DNA from: a phage
DNA: 64,000 nucleotides
Reading direction: 5' to 3' (one strand)
Sequence record: PZ534534.1
The notes under the pieces are model-generated. The model saw nothing but the letters and a program-made list of their open reading frames with translations. It was not told where the DNA came from and did no database searches. Positions 1 through 10,880 of this stretch are shown here, piece after piece. The position numbers were made by a program, and so were the translations under genes. The first letter of the stretch is position 1, and the number at the start of each line of letters is the position of its first letter.

Positions 1-1
1 T

Positions 2-229
2 CTGCCTGTTACAACTAATGGCTTGTTTGACGGCCTTATAACAGATATGGCTATTCAGACAGGCGAGAATAGTGCTTTGTCCATATCCATCTCCTCCATC
101 TTCAACAGCTGGTTAAGAGGTTTTCCTTATCGGTACACGGAGGAAAGCCACAGCTCAAGAAACGATAACGACAGATTTTTTAAATATGTGGATCAGGTGG
201 CGAGCCGCCCGATCATTTGGGAGGTTTAA
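2..229 (+). CDS. tail protein, C-terminal fragment (gene begins upstream of window)
   Basis: Frame open from window edge to TAA at 227-229; stop overlaps next ATG (TAATG); precedes gpK-like and gpJ-like genes. Confidence 0.3.
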   Translation: MPVTTNGLFDGLITDMAIQTGENSALSISISSIFNSWLRGFPYRYTEESHSSRNDNDRFFKYVDQVASRPIIWEV

Positions 230-654
230 TGAGCACACATCCTCGTTTAGTGGATTGGCAAGAAAGATTGTGGAAAGTGTTTGACGAAGAGGCCACCATA
301 CCTTTTGAATGGGGATTCCACGATTGTTGCACCTTTGCGGCTAAGTGTGTTGATGCCCAATACGGAACAGATTTTCTTTCTAACTTTGAAGGAACGTATA
401 AAACAGAGTTGGAAAGCAAAAGATGGTGCATGCTTCGTTTCAAAACCACACACCTGCCTACTATTTTTGATCTCTTTATGACTCGGCTGGATACTCCTAA
501 ACAGGCTCAGCGTGGAGATATTGTCATTTTCGAAGGTCTGAACGGGCTCACCGCTGGTGTGTTCTGGAACAACCAGATTTGGGCTAAAGGTGATAAAGGG
601 GTCTTTATGTTCGACATGAAAGATTCTATCGTTGTTGATGTCTGGAGGTATTAA
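229..654 (+). CDS. tail tip assembly protein (lambda gpK-like, putative Cys/His hydrolase fold)
   Basis: ATG 229 with GGGAGG RBS; motifs FHDCCTF and GDIVIFEG; sits directly upstream of J-like gene with TAATG overlap. Confidence 0.4.
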   Translation: MSTHPRLVDWQERLWKVFDEEATIPFEWGFHDCCTFAAKCVDAQYGTDFLSNFEGTYKTELESKRWCMLRFKTTHLPTIFDLFMTRLDTPKQAQRGDIVIFEGLNGLTAGVFWNNQIWAKGDKGVFMFDMKDSIVVDVWRY

Positions 655-3600
655 TGCCAATTGCAATGATTGATAACATCGTTGCTTCTGCAAGATCTTC
701 AAGTTATGACTGGAACGCATCCAAGGCAGCTCTGGCTGACAGCCTGAACACTGTTACCACCAGAACTCTGGATAAGATTTTCGAGGGAAACAAATCTTAC
801 AGAAGTCAGCAAGATAGACAAAAGCTTCTCAGATCTTCTGCTGCACCTTGCTCTGTAGTGTATGGGAAGACACGTACATCTGGATTGCTTGCGTTTTTGG
901 AGCAGGACAGGGACAGAACCCTTCATTGTGCTATTGTTCTTGCCAATCACCCTCTGGAAGGTATAGAAGATATACTTATCGACGGTAATCCTATTTCTTC
1001 GTATGGGGATTTGGTATCGTGGGAGCTACATAACGATAGAAAAACCTCTGATCCTTTCATGGGCACACACTGCCCATCGTGGTCACCGGACATGATAGGT
1101 AGAGGGATCAGTTGGCTACGGGTCAGCTTTAGGTTTGACCCTAACAAGTTTCCTTTTGGGTTGCCAAACGTCACACTCGTCAAGGTTGGTAAAAAATGCT
1201 ATGATCCTCGCACTAGTAAAGAGGTGTATACCAATAACGCTGCCTTGGTGATTCTGGACTATTTAAGAACGTACCTTAAATGTCCTGACGAAACCATCAA
1301 CTGGGAGTCCTTCAAGGAGGCTGCCAACATATGCGACGAGGCTGTAAGAAACGCAGACGGAACCAGCGAGCGTCGTTACACAATTAATGGCGAGTTCGAT
1401 ATGGATGAGGCCCCAGCAAGTATTATGGCAGAAATGCTGAAAGCTTGTGGCGCAGATCTCAGCTATGTAGCTGGTAAGTATGGTTTGCTGGTTGGTGCAT
1501 ACTATGGCCCGGCAACAATGACACTGAGTGAGGATTGTGTCTGTGGTGAGGTCAAGATCTACCCGGAAGCCTCATTTGACAAAAGATCCAACACAATAAC
1601 CGGCAGATTCACTAGTCCGACCAAAGGGTATTCTGAAACAGATTTTCCATCAGTGTTTGTCCCAGAGTGGATAGAGAAGGATGGAGAAAGAAAGATAATC
1701 GATATAGACTATCGCTTTGTTACCAGCCCTTATCAAGCTCAGCGTGTTTCTGCAATCTTCTTAAGACGCGCGAGAGCTGGCAGGATTATTGAAGTCACCT
1801 GCAATATGCGAGGTTTTAAATTTAAACCTGGTCGTTACGTTACAATGAACCTTCCAAGTATAGGTATAGTGGGCCAAGAAATGAGGGTTCTTGAATGGGA
1901 GTTTACCAAAAAGGGTGGTGTCAAGGTAAAACTTCGTCAAGATGCTAAAGAGTGGAATGATGCCACAGGGCAACTTCCGGATTCTGGCAATGTAGATATT
2001 CCGATATCTCCATCTGGTGTAGCTCAACCGCAAAACTTCAGATACTCCGTTCTCCAAGCTGGGGAAGTAACTCACGGTGTTTTGGCTTGGGACAACGTTG
2101 GGACTTACGCTCAAAATATTGTGCAGGTAAGAAAGAACGGAGAGATTGTTTGGACAGCACAGACAGTTGAGCAGTTTGTCAGAGTAGAAGGTTTGACCAA
2201 AGGGTCATACACAGCAACCGTGGTTGCAACATCTTATAAAGGTGGTGTATCTCCAGAAGCGTATTGTGAGTTTAACATTCAGGCACCTGAAGCTCCGGTT
2301 TCTGTAGAGGTTAAGCAAGGATACTTTGCTATCACCTTGATTCCGCATAGTAGGGATTTAGCAAGTGTTAGCACCCAGTATGACTTTTGGACATCCGGTA
2401 TGACAAGGTTGCCAGACACCAGTGATGCAACCGTTACTTCAAACGCCACCCGTATGGGTGTTGGTTCAACTTGGACATCTGAAGGTCTGCAGAACGATAA
2501 GGTTTATTATTGGTATATTCGAACCACAAACGCTTTTGGTAGTTCTCAGTTTGTAGAATGCGCTGCACGCTGCTACACCTCTATTGAGGATTTGATGCCT
2601 CAGATAGATGCTGAATTCAAAAAGACAGAAACTTATAAAGAGTTGATGAGCACTTTGGATTCCTCTATTGAAGAGGTTGAAAATCGTGTCACAGAACTTA
2701 ACAGGTACATGGATGGTAGGGTAGATGAAGCGTTCCAGCAACTTGGGGACAGAATAGGTGCGGTAGTTACAGAAACAACTCAGAAGTTTGAAGATGTCAA
2801 TGGTAACATTACAGCGCTGGATAGGAAACTTGTTGCTGCACAGAACAAATTCACCAACGATCTGAACACTGAAAGTGGCAGACTGGCATCTCTAATCGAG
2901 ACAACCAATAAAGCAACTACTGATCTTCTGAACAAAAAGACAGAGGCTTTAGATGAGAAATTGGTTGCCGCCAAAGGTGAGCTGGTAGAGCAGATAGGGG
3001 GAGTTGAGAGCGGGTATTTAGCCGGAGATAAAACTCTGGATGGTAAGATCAATACTCAGAGAACAGAACTTGACGCAAGCATCTTGAGCACTAACCAAGC
3101 CACTGTAGATCTTTTGAACAGGACATCTGAAACTCTGGATCAAAAGATTAGTCAGACAAACGCGACGGTATCTAAAAACTATACCACCCTTGACGGCAAG
3201 ATAACTACCGCAAAAACTGACCTCAACACCTTGATTGCCAATACCAACAAGGCCACCACTGACTTGTTGAATCAGAAAACATCTGCACTGTCAGAGCAAA
3301 TAACTTCTGCACGTGGGGAGATCTCTACCAACAAGCAAGCGATTGATGCTTTGGATGGAAAACTGACCTCCACAAAAACAGCGCTGGATGCTACAATTTC
3401 CGATACCAACAAAGCCACTGTGGACCTTATCAACGGCACAGCGTCAGCTATTCGTCAAGAACTTGCTGTCGCTAAGCAGGAGATCATCAATGATGTTGGG
3501 GATGTATCTGAGCTTAGGGCTGCAGTAGCTACAACATCTAAGGCTGTAACCGACTTAGAGGGTAAAGTAAATGCTCAATGGGGCACAAAAATACAGGTAG

Positions 3601-4493
3601 ACTCCGCAGGGAATAAATATGTTGCAGGTATCCAGTTGGGGATGGAAGGGTCTGGGGGCCAAGTTCAATCCTACTTCATGGTTAGTGCAAACAACTTTGC
3701 GGTATACAACCCCGGAAATGGAACAGCAACCCTTGCTTTCGCAATCAAGAACAACCAAGCGTTCTTGAAAGACGCTTTTATAGAGAATGGCACGATCTCT
3801 TCTGCCAAGATCGCACAAGAAATTTCGTCAAACAACTACGATGGCAACGGGTACCATAAATACGGTTGGTATATTAACAAGAACGGGCACGCCCAATTTA
3901 TGGATGTATGGGTGAAAGGCAACATCAACGCCAGTTCTGGTAACTTCACAGGGGCAGTTAACGCCACCAGTGGTACCTTCCGTGGGGATGTTTATGCCAA
4001 TAACGGTAGCTTTAGGGGCACCATAGATGCAACCGGAGGTACCTTCCGTGGGCGTGTAGAGGCTTCTGTTATTCGTGCTAACCAGTTCGAAGGTGCAATA
4101 GTTGCACACAAGACCTACGGTGACTGTCCTCCAGTATACAACTCTCAGCAGCAGGTTTGCCGTTGGAGATGGAGATACGTGGATAACGTTCAAGGACAAG
4201 GTAAGAACGTAACATTCTTCTTTAAGCTTAACGGAACTCTAGGAGGCTCCCAGTTGAATGTGTGGATAGCGGGGCACCAGTTGCTCGCTGGCAAGAAGTA
4301 TGGTAACGACAACGATGGTATGTGTGCAGTCGGGATAACAGGGCTGGGTGAACAGACCATAGACATTATTGTTGAAATTTACACACGCTGGTCCACCTCA
4401 GCTATAACAGGTGTTACAATATCCTGTCCTACTGTGATAGTAAGTCGTTCAAACTCTAGCTTCCAGGGACCTTGGAACGAGTCTCACGACTAA
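654..4493 (+). CDS. central tail fiber / host specificity protein (lambda gpJ-like)
   Basis: 1279 aa; N-terminal region resembles gpJ-type tail tip domain; central coiled-coil repeats; C-terminal GxFxG fiber-like repeats. Confidence 0.6.
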   Translation: MPIAMIDNIVASARSSSYDWNASKAALADSLNTVTTRTLDKIFEGNKSYRSQQDRQKLLRSSAAPCSVVYGKTRTSGLLAFLEQDRDRTLHCAIVLANHPLEGIEDILIDGNPISSYGDLVSWELHNDRKTSDPFMGTHCPSWSPDMIGRGISWLRVSFRFDPNKFPFGLPNVTLVKVGKKCYDPRTSKEVYTNNAALVILDYLRTYLKCPDETINWESFKEAANICDEAVRNADGTSERRYTINGEFDMDEAPASIMAEMLKACGADLSYVAGKYGLLVGAYYGPATMTLSEDCVCGEVKIYPEASFDKRSNTITGRFTSPTKGYSETDFPSVFVPEWIEKDGERKIIDIDYRFVTSPYQAQRVSAIFLRRARAGRIIEVTCNMRGFKFKPGRYVTMNLPSIGIVGQEMRVLEWEFTKKGGVKVKLRQDAKEWNDATGQLPDSGNVDIPISPSGVAQPQNFRYSVLQAGEVTHGVLAWDNVGTYAQNIVQVRKNGEIVWTAQTVEQFVRVEGLTKGSYTATVVATSYKGGVSPEAYCEFNIQAPEAPVSVEVKQGYFAITLIPHSRDLASVSTQYDFWTSGMTRLPDTSDATVTSNATRMGVGSTWTSEGLQNDKVYYWYIRTTNAFGSSQFVECAARCYTSIEDLMPQIDAEFKKTETYKELMSTLDSSIEEVENRVTELNRYMDGRVDEAFQQLGDRIGAVVTETTQKFEDVNGNITALDRKLVAAQNKFTNDLNTESGRLASLIETTNKATTDLLNKKTEALDEKLVAAKGELVEQIGGVESGYLAGDKTLDGKINTQRTELDASILSTNQATVDLLNRTSETLDQKISQTNATVSKNYTTLDGKITTAKTDLNTLIANTNKATTDLLNQKTSALSEQITSARGEISTNKQAIDALDGKLTSTKTALDATISDTNKATVDLINGTASAIRQELAVAKQEIINDVGDVSELRAAVATTSKAVTDLEGKVNAQWGTKIQVDSAGNKYVAGIQLGMEGSGGQVQSYFMVSANNFAVYNPGNGTATLAFAIKNNQAFLKDAFIENGTISSAKIAQEISSNNYDGNGYHKYGWYINKNGHAQFMDVWVKGNINASSGNFTGAVNATSGTFRGDVYANNGSFRGTIDATGGTFRGRVEASVIRANQFEGAIVAHKTYGDCPPVYNSQQQVCRWRWRYVDNVQGQGKNVTFFFKLNGTLGGSQLNVWIAGHQLLAGKKYGNDNDGMCAVGITGLGEQTIDIIVEIYTRWSTSAITGVTISCPTVIVSRSNSSFQGPWNESHD
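2800..3480 (+). repeat. intragenic tandem coiled-coil repeats within J-like gene
   Basis: Peptide unit TNKATTDLLNxKT and (L)DGKI/LTxxKT recurs at least 5 times at roughly 50-aa period. Confidence 0.5.
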
Positions 4494-4501
4494 CCTTTAA
4501 A

Positions 4502-4527
4502 GCCCCGCTTCGGCGGGGTTTATTTTT
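4502..4527 (+). terminator. rho-independent terminator
   Basis: CCCCGC-UUCG-GCGGGG hairpin followed by TTTATTTTTA, immediately after J-like stop. Confidence 0.6.
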
Positions 4528-4536
4528 ATGCTCAGA

Positions 4537-4565
4537 TTGACTATTGTTACAAAATTTGGTAAAAT
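4537..4565 (+). promoter_or_regulatory. sigma70-like promoter
   Basis: TTGACT-N17-TAAAAT directly after terminator and upstream of 4599 gene. Confidence 0.4.
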
Positions 4566-4598
4566 ACCTTGTAGAGATTTTCATACCGGAGGAGTGAC

Positions 4599-6089
4599 GT
4601 GGCTAAGTATGGATTGACAGAGGCTGGTTTCGTTATACCAACCCTAAATGACCTAATCGTTGAAACTAAGCAAAGCCTGATCCGTGCTTTTGGCGAAAAC
4701 TTCAACGTACAGAGTAACTCCGTTGCAGATAAGCTGACCACTATCTTCAACGAGCGAGAGTATCAACTTATTCTTATGGCAGCATCTGTATACGCATCAC
4801 AGACGCTGTATGGGGCAGAAGGTATTTACCTAGATGAGCTTCTTGGAAGACAAGGTATTTACCGAAGAGGCCGTTCTAAATCATCAGGTACCTGCCAGTT
4901 GACAATCAACACAACTGTGCCGTACAATATGATTTATGATTCCAAAACTTATACGCTGGACAGTGGCAACTTTGTTCTTAGCAACGATGTGCAAGTAGCA
5001 GGGAATCTTATTGCTCACAGAATAAATGCCCCAGACCTAAGGATTGGTAAATACAACTTTCAAATTACCAACCAGACAGATGGAAGTATCAAAACAAAAA
5101 GTCTGGTTTTAACAGATAAGTCTCTGGACTCTTCTGATCTGCCAAGCTTTTACGGAGAGATTAAGCAGTTCATTGTCGATAATACAACCCTGTTGAACGA
5201 CGATTTGATTCAGATAGATATGTTGACAGGAACGTTGTGGATAGGGTACAATTCGAATCTTGATCAAGTTGGACTTAATAGTAGAGTAGATTTCAGAGTA
5301 TCCCCGATTGTAGGGGAAAGAACTATCACACTGGATGTTATCGCTAACGAGGCGGGTGAGTTGTCAAGAGAGGCAGAAACCGTGACAACAATGTCACCTA
5401 CTCCCAGTGGATTTATCAAGCTTACCAACCGAGAAAGATTCAATGAGGGCAGGGATGTTGAGAAAGACTCAGAGTATCGCTTAAGAGCTTCCAGCACAAA
5501 ACAGTTAACATCTAAGGCTACCCGTCCTGCAATCCTTAGCGCTGTAAGCGAGGTGAAAGGTGTTGAGAAAGTGAGAGTGTTCTCCAATAACACCGATAAA
5601 ACTGATGCTAAAGGTATACCCCCTTACAAGTTCCAAGTGGTTGTGTTTGGTGGTGCAACGGAAGACATTTGCCAAGCACTTTACCAAACTATAGCCTGTA
5701 CGAACAGGACTTATGGTAATATTTTCTACGATGTCACTACATCTGACGGTCAAACTGAAAGAATTTATTACTCCAAGGCAAACACCTACCGCCTAGATGT
5801 AAGAATTACCTACTCCGGTGCTGCGCTTTCTACAACCGAAAAAGATGCCATTATAGAGGCTCTTTTGCAGGTTGTTAACGGACTGGATGTTGCAGATACG
5901 TTGTATAATATCCAATTGGTAGGTGCTGCATCTGCTGCTGTGTCAATAGGCAGATTTAATAGGCTGGTAATTCAAGTTAAATCCGTAGGAGCTTCTGATG
6001 AAGCTTACACTACAAACGATATTGTTGCGAACATGACCGAGGTGTTTGACCTCGACGAAAGTAATATAACTTTCCAACAAACTATTTAA
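4599..6089 (+). CDS. baseplate J-like tail protein
   Basis: GTG start with GGAGGAG RBS; N-terminal pattern (FNVQ, LDELL) recalls Baseplate_J family; 496 aa. Confidence 0.4.
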   Translation: MAKYGLTEAGFVIPTLNDLIVETKQSLIRAFGENFNVQSNSVADKLTTIFNEREYQLILMAASVYASQTLYGAEGIYLDELLGRQGIYRRGRSKSSGTCQLTINTTVPYNMIYDSKTYTLDSGNFVLSNDVQVAGNLIAHRINAPDLRIGKYNFQITNQTDGSIKTKSLVLTDKSLDSSDLPSFYGEIKQFIVDNTTLLNDDLIQIDMLTGTLWIGYNSNLDQVGLNSRVDFRVSPIVGERTITLDVIANEAGELSREAETVTTMSPTPSGFIKLTNRERFNEGRDVEKDSEYRLRASSTKQLTSKATRPAILSAVSEVKGVEKVRVFSNNTDKTDAKGIPPYKFQVVVFGGATEDICQALYQTIACTNRTYGNIFYDVTTSDGQTERIYYSKANTYRLDVRITYSGAALSTTEKDAIIEALLQVVNGLDVADTLYNIQLVGAASAAVSIGRFNRLVIQVKSVGASDEAYTTNDIVANMTEVFDLDESNITFQQTI

Positions 6090-6100
6090 GGCGGCGAGAT

Positions 6101-6787
6101 ATGGCAGAGATTAAGTCGGATGTTAACCACATCCACACTCTGCCAGATTTTGTTCAGGGAGGTCTTGACTACCTGCCTGGAGATTTTCTGGCTGAGAAGG
6201 TTAATTTAGTCACATTCTTAACCGTATACCTTAAAAGGTTGGAGGATGTTGATAAGATGCTGGTAGGTTTGGCTGAAGGAAGATTGCTTAACAATGCCAG
6301 CGGAAGATACCTTGACGAAGTTGGTAATCAACTTGGTATTCTTAGGAATGGACTTTCAGATGCTGATTTTCGTGCCACACTAATTATTCAGCAGGCCGCA
6401 GCATCAAGGGGCGGGACTCGCGAAGATGTCATCTCCACCTTGCGACAATTGTTCGGAAGAGACAATTTCGATACGTGGAAAGGAGACAACTTCAGGTTTG
6501 ACATAAATATTAGAAAAACTTGCTTTGACATATTGCAGTCTATCGATCAGATCTTAGATATGCTACCATTACCTTGTCATTTGCGTCTTACAGAATCGCA
6601 AGGGCAAGCTTTTGGTTTTGAAGGGGACTCTACAGCTCTTGGCTTCGGATCAGTGTGGGAAGAAAACCAATTCGGAGTTGGTGGGCTGGCTACTTTGCTG
6701 TATGTTCCTGACGTAAGACCTGATTGGGACACCACAACCATTTATTGTGAAAGTATTACAGTAAACGCAACTAGACAGGAGGGTTAA
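6101..6787 (+). CDS. tail protein (possible P2 gpI-like baseplate component)
   Basis: 228 aa ORF directly following baseplate-J-like gene; call by synteny only. Confidence 0.3.
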   Translation: MAEIKSDVNHIHTLPDFVQGGLDYLPGDFLAEKVNLVTFLTVYLKRLEDVDKMLVGLAEGRLLNNASGRYLDEVGNQLGILRNGLSDADFRATLIIQQAAASRGGTREDVISTLRQLFGRDNFDTWKGDNFRFDINIRKTCFDILQSIDQILDMLPLPCHLRLTESQGQAFGFEGDSTALGFGSVWEENQFGVGGLATLLYVPDVRPDWDTTTIYCESITVNATRQEG

Positions 6788-8859
6788 TGGCAACAGCTAT
6801 TTTTAAACCTTACCGTGATTACTCTACAATGGCTGCACGGTTTCATTACCGCACAGTTCAGGATACTGCCGTTCCTGGTAGGGATTATAATCATGTTGAG
6901 GGTGATGTAACTATCCCAATTGGGGCAACCAGTATTGAGATCCCAGTGGAAATTGTTGACAAATTACCCAACAGGTTGCCAAGAAGCTTCTTTATGGAGT
7001 TTTCATCAAAATCTCAAGGGGTGATGATTGGAACACAAAGGGCGAAATGTACAATAGTTTCAGATGAGAATCTTGACAGGATATCTTGGGATACTGTTGA
7101 GGAGAGAATGTTTCACCCAAGGTATTGGGTTACAACTACTCAGCAGACTGAAAGTACCTGTATTGTTGCAGATAACAACTGTTGTATTAACCGTTTAGTG
7201 TCAAGAACATATGGAGGTATGGCTGGGTGCATTTGGGAAACAGTTGACAAGTATGACCATTTCGGTATTGGGTTTGATGATCACTATGAGATGAGAAACA
7301 CCAAGCTTTGGTTCAGAATGTCAATAACCAATGCCAGCAACTTCTCCACCCCTGAAAAGATGATTATGACTGTAGACCTTGTTGATGGCACAATCATCTA
7401 TGTTCCTTTAGCTCAATATGCTGTCAGCATCTCAGAGGATAAGAATGTTGCAGAGATTCATATTGATTTCGAGGACTGCGTCGGGATGGATCAGAACAAC
7501 AACATGATGGGTGTTGATCCTCGACAGGTGAGAAGGATTTTAATACCGCTTATGCCTAAAGACTGGGTAAGTAATAGCACAGACCCGAGAACGGAAAATG
7601 TAGAGTGTGAGTTGCGCCTAGATCTGCTCCAGCCAGACACAGGCTGGAAAATGATGCAACTTAACAATATTCAGGTTAAAGAGCACGACGTTGGGATCTG
7701 CACCGCATATGACGATATGTGGAACGTATCTCCTTTAAGGGTGTTGAACAATATCAAGCGTCTGGGCTATACCGGAACCATAAACCATTATGTTGGTATG
7801 AGTCATTATTATGACTACACATGGTCAGGAACCCAATGGTCTATAAACAGAACAGGGGCGCTAAACGCTGCAGCTTATAAATGGCATGATGATTTTATGT
7901 ACAATGCCAAACGACATAACTTCGACGTTATGCAATCTGTAAGTTTTGAGCTTTTCAGCGATGCCTGCCCGTTGGAATGGACCCAAAGAGACTGGAACGA
8001 TAACTACGCTAAAACAGGGTATACACCCTGTAGCTACCTCCTGTCTCCAACCATTGAAGAGGGTATGAATTTCCTTACTGCAGTATTTAAGAATTTTGCA
8101 TCAGCCGCTATGAGAAACAACCTGCCAGTGATTATGCAGGTTGGTGAACCGTGGTGGTGGTACAATACCGATACTCGTAGACCTTGTATTTATGATTACC
8201 CTACAAAGCAGGCGTTTTATGATGAGACAGGTGAGTATGCATTAGATATTGGGACTATTGACGATCCTAAAACTGGCGGTGTTTACGACAAGTATGTAGC
8301 ATTTTGTCGTGGTAAGCTTGGCGCTCGTATTGCGGCCATTTCAAAGGCAATAAAGGCACACGCTGCATCAGCTCAGATGACAGCTCTGCTGTTTTTCCCA
8401 ACCATTATGGAAACAGAGCTTACGCAAAAGCTGAACCTTGCTGACCAATATAAAAAAGAAGCAGGTGCTCTTGATTTCTTCTGCACCGAGTGCTACGATT
8501 GGGTGATGCAGGGAGGTATTGAAAAGGCAAAAGAGTCTGTAAACATACCTATCGTTAAGTTAGGTTGGCAACCGTCTGAAATACAATACCTTGCAGGGTT
8601 CGTTCCTAGTAAAGAGCTTGCTCCGGTATATGGCTACGACCCAACCAGGAATTACCAAGAATTTTTATGGAGATGTATCTGCGGAAACATGGCAACCATA
8701 GAGTATAGATACCCTGAGGTAAAACAGTATGTGTGGGCATACCCGCAAGTAATGTCTGACAGCATCACTGTTACAGCCAGAGATTCTACCGTGCTTCATA
8801 TGGGGCAGGTTGCTCTGAAAGGGTATGTAGAAGATGTTGTCCCTCCAGACTTCTCATAA
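6787..8859 (+). CDS. tail-associated protein with N-terminal Calx-beta-like domain
   Basis: 690 aa; N-term GRDYNHVEGDVTIPIGATSIEIPVEIVD fits Calx-beta pattern; start overlaps upstream stop. Confidence 0.4.
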   Translation: MATAIFKPYRDYSTMAARFHYRTVQDTAVPGRDYNHVEGDVTIPIGATSIEIPVEIVDKLPNRLPRSFFMEFSSKSQGVMIGTQRAKCTIVSDENLDRISWDTVEERMFHPRYWVTTTQQTESTCIVADNNCCINRLVSRTYGGMAGCIWETVDKYDHFGIGFDDHYEMRNTKLWFRMSITNASNFSTPEKMIMTVDLVDGTIIYVPLAQYAVSISEDKNVAEIHIDFEDCVGMDQNNNMMGVDPRQVRRILIPLMPKDWVSNSTDPRTENVECELRLDLLQPDTGWKMMQLNNIQVKEHDVGICTAYDDMWNVSPLRVLNNIKRLGYTGTINHYVGMSHYYDYTWSGTQWSINRTGALNAAAYKWHDDFMYNAKRHNFDVMQSVSFELFSDACPLEWTQRDWNDNYAKTGYTPCSYLLSPTIEEGMNFLTAVFKNFASAAMRNNLPVIMQVGEPWWWYNTDTRRPCIYDYPTKQAFYDETGEYALDIGTIDDPKTGGVYDKYVAFCRGKLGARIAAISKAIKAHAASAQMTALLFFPTIMETELTQKLNLADQYKKEAGALDFFCTECYDWVMQGGIEKAKESVNIPIVKLGWQPSEIQYLAGFVPSKELAPVYGYDPTRNYQEFLWRCICGNMATIEYRYPEVKQYVWAYPQVMSDSITVTARDSTVLHMGQVALKGYVEDVVPPDFS

Positions 8860-8871
8860 TCAGGAGATAAA

Positions 8872-9912
8872 ATGTCAAAACCTAGTTTTCCATTAGAGAT
8901 TTGGGCAGAGGAGGATCAGGTTCTGCCTAACACCCACAGACAGAACAGGCTACGCCCGATTGATGATTTGTGGAGAAAAGGTTGGGATCTTGGTCAAAAG
9001 CCATCCTGTGAAGAACTTAACTATATTTTCAATATGCTCGGAACTTGGGCAAAATACATTGCTGACGAGCAGATCCCCGCTCAAGAAGGCCGTTATCTGG
9101 TACGTGATAATAACTTGAGCGATCTTTTGAACATCCCTGTTGCCCGTAGAAACCTTGGGATTATCACTAAGGAAGAGGCAGACGCCAGGTATGTAAAAGT
9201 TACAGGTGATACAATGACAGGCCCCTTGGGGTTGCAACGTATCAACTTTAAAGCTGCCGAGACAGATAAGGCTTGGATAGAGACAACTATTGGCCCAGAT
9301 AAGACAACTCTCGACTTTGGGTTAAGTGATAATACCGGGTCGTTTGATGATGGTGGTACATCTACAGTAGATGCGTTTCGTTGGAGATTCCAGCCAACTC
9401 AGCCGGATATTAATCCAGAGTTCACTTTGATGTACCTTAACGCGATCACGGCTAATCGTGCGCTGTTGAAAGTGGTAGGCAATGTTGAAGTTGTCGATAA
9501 CATGAGGTGCAATAACCTTACTATCAGCAATACAGCAACATTCACCAACTGTAATGTGGCTAGTCAGTTGACGGCTGGGTCAGTATATGTTAATGGTGGT
9601 GCAAGTTGTGACAGTATGGTTGTAAGAAGCCAGCACTGTGTTGTCGGTAACAGAAATGTGGTGCGCTCCGTGAATGGAGTGACGGCTAACGGTAACGGTG
9701 ATGTAACGATCACTATCCCGCAGACAGGTGTGCAAGACATCAGAATCGGTGCAAGACTTGTGGACGGCGTTTCTGAATCTCCAATCCGCAACGGCTACGT
9801 TGTCACAGGCTGGCATTTCGGTGACAAAAAAGAGATGCGTGGTTCAACCTACTGGGCAGGACCTTTACAAAAACTTGTAAATGGTCAATGGATCACTGTT
9901 AATTATGCATAG
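8872..9912 (+). CDS. tail fiber protein (paralog A)
   Basis: 346 aa; N-term FPLEIWAEEDQVL and C-term QKLVNGQWITVNYA shared with 10924-11970 paralog. Confidence 0.5.
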   Translation: MSKPSFPLEIWAEEDQVLPNTHRQNRLRPIDDLWRKGWDLGQKPSCEELNYIFNMLGTWAKYIADEQIPAQEGRYLVRDNNLSDLLNIPVARRNLGIITKEEADARYVKVTGDTMTGPLGLQRINFKAAETDKAWIETTIGPDKTTLDFGLSDNTGSFDDGGTSTVDAFRWRFQPTQPDINPEFTLMYLNAITANRALLKVVGNVEVVDNMRCNNLTISNTATFTNCNVASQLTAGSVYVNGGASCDSMVVRSQHCVVGNRNVVRSVNGVTANGNGDVTITIPQTGVQDIRIGARLVDGVSESPIRNGYVVTGWHFGDKKEMRGSTYWAGPLQKLVNGQWITVNYA

Positions 9913-9926
9913 ATCGGAGGACTAGC

Positions 9927-10511
9927 ATGAAAATACTTCAAGAGTTTAAACTTTACCAACCGGGATCTGGCGAATACTACTCCAACAAGGAAACCAAGGA
10001 GCTGACCCCTCAAGAGGTCGAGGATTACACCGCATACACTGGGTATTTTTTACGTAATGATGATGGTGATTGGTATGTGCAGTCACGAACATTACGACAA
10101 GAAAATCCAGGGTGTATCTTCCTACTTGTTGACGAGAAGGGAATTCTTAAGACATCTACAGAAGAACCTGATGCCTTATGGCCTGCTCCAGGTCTTCGTG
10201 TGGTTATCGCCAAAAAAGAAGAGGTACCAGAAAACATTATGCTTCACCACGACGCTTTGCGTTTAGTTGGTGATGAATTTGTCACAGACAATGAATTCTT
10301 TGTTCAACAGGCAGAGGGTGTCATAGAGACAGAACTTGCTTGGGCTACTGCTAGAATTGGTGCCTATCAAGACATGATTGACCTTGAATATGATCTTACT
10401 GATGACCAGAAACGTAACATCAGAGATTTGAAAATGTACAGGGTAAAACTTCTTGAAATAGATACATCTAAAGCCCCTGACATTTTCTTCCCGGAGCGAC
10501 CTACCCTCTAA
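9927..10511 (+). CDS. hypothetical protein (possible tail fiber assembly factor)
   Basis: 194 aa ORF with GGAGGA RBS between the two tail fiber paralogs. Confidence 0.3.
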   Translation: MKILQEFKLYQPGSGEYYSNKETKELTPQEVEDYTAYTGYFLRNDDGDWYVQSRTLRQENPGCIFLLVDEKGILKTSTEEPDALWPAPGLRVVIAKKEEVPENIMLHHDALRLVGDEFVTDNEFFVQQAEGVIETELAWATARIGAYQDMIDLEYDLTDDQKRNIRDLKMYRVKLLEIDTSKAPDIFFPERPTL

Positions 10512-10522
10512 GAGGAGGTGTT

Positions 10523-10837
10523 GTGGAGTTGGATTTGGCGGCATTGTACGGTATCTGCATGGGTACCGTTGTCCCGATCTGTGTATGGGCTTTCAACCAG
10601 TGGCACACCAAATGGAAAGGCATTTCCAAGAGGTTGGATGAGCTGGAGAAAGACCTCATCTTAGTGAAAAACAGTATGGTTACAAAAGATAGACTTGATT
10701 CCGTTATCGAGACTCGGTTAAGCAAGCTAGAGGCCGATATTAACGACCTTAAGCAGGATGTCAGGACAGATGTCTCCGGCATCCGAGCTGATGTACAAAA
10801 GATTTTGCACATGCTCGTAGAGCATAGTAAAAGGTAA
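10523..10837 (+). CDS. small membrane-anchored coiled-coil protein
   Basis: GTG start after AGAGGAGG RBS; N-terminal hydrophobic segment then heptad-rich region. Confidence 0.3.
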   Translation: MELDLAALYGICMGTVVPICVWAFNQWHTKWKGISKRLDELEKDLILVKNSMVTKDRLDSVIETRLSKLEADINDLKQDVRTDVSGIRADVQKILHMLVEHSKR

Positions 10838-10846
10838 ACAAAGGTC

Positions 10847-10880
10847 AGAACGGAAAGGACTCCGTTCTTGCATTTTGTTC
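10847..10880 (+). terminator. putative rho-independent terminator
   Basis: AGAACGGA/TCCGTTCT stem with 6-nt loop followed by TGCATTTTGTT. Confidence 0.4.
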
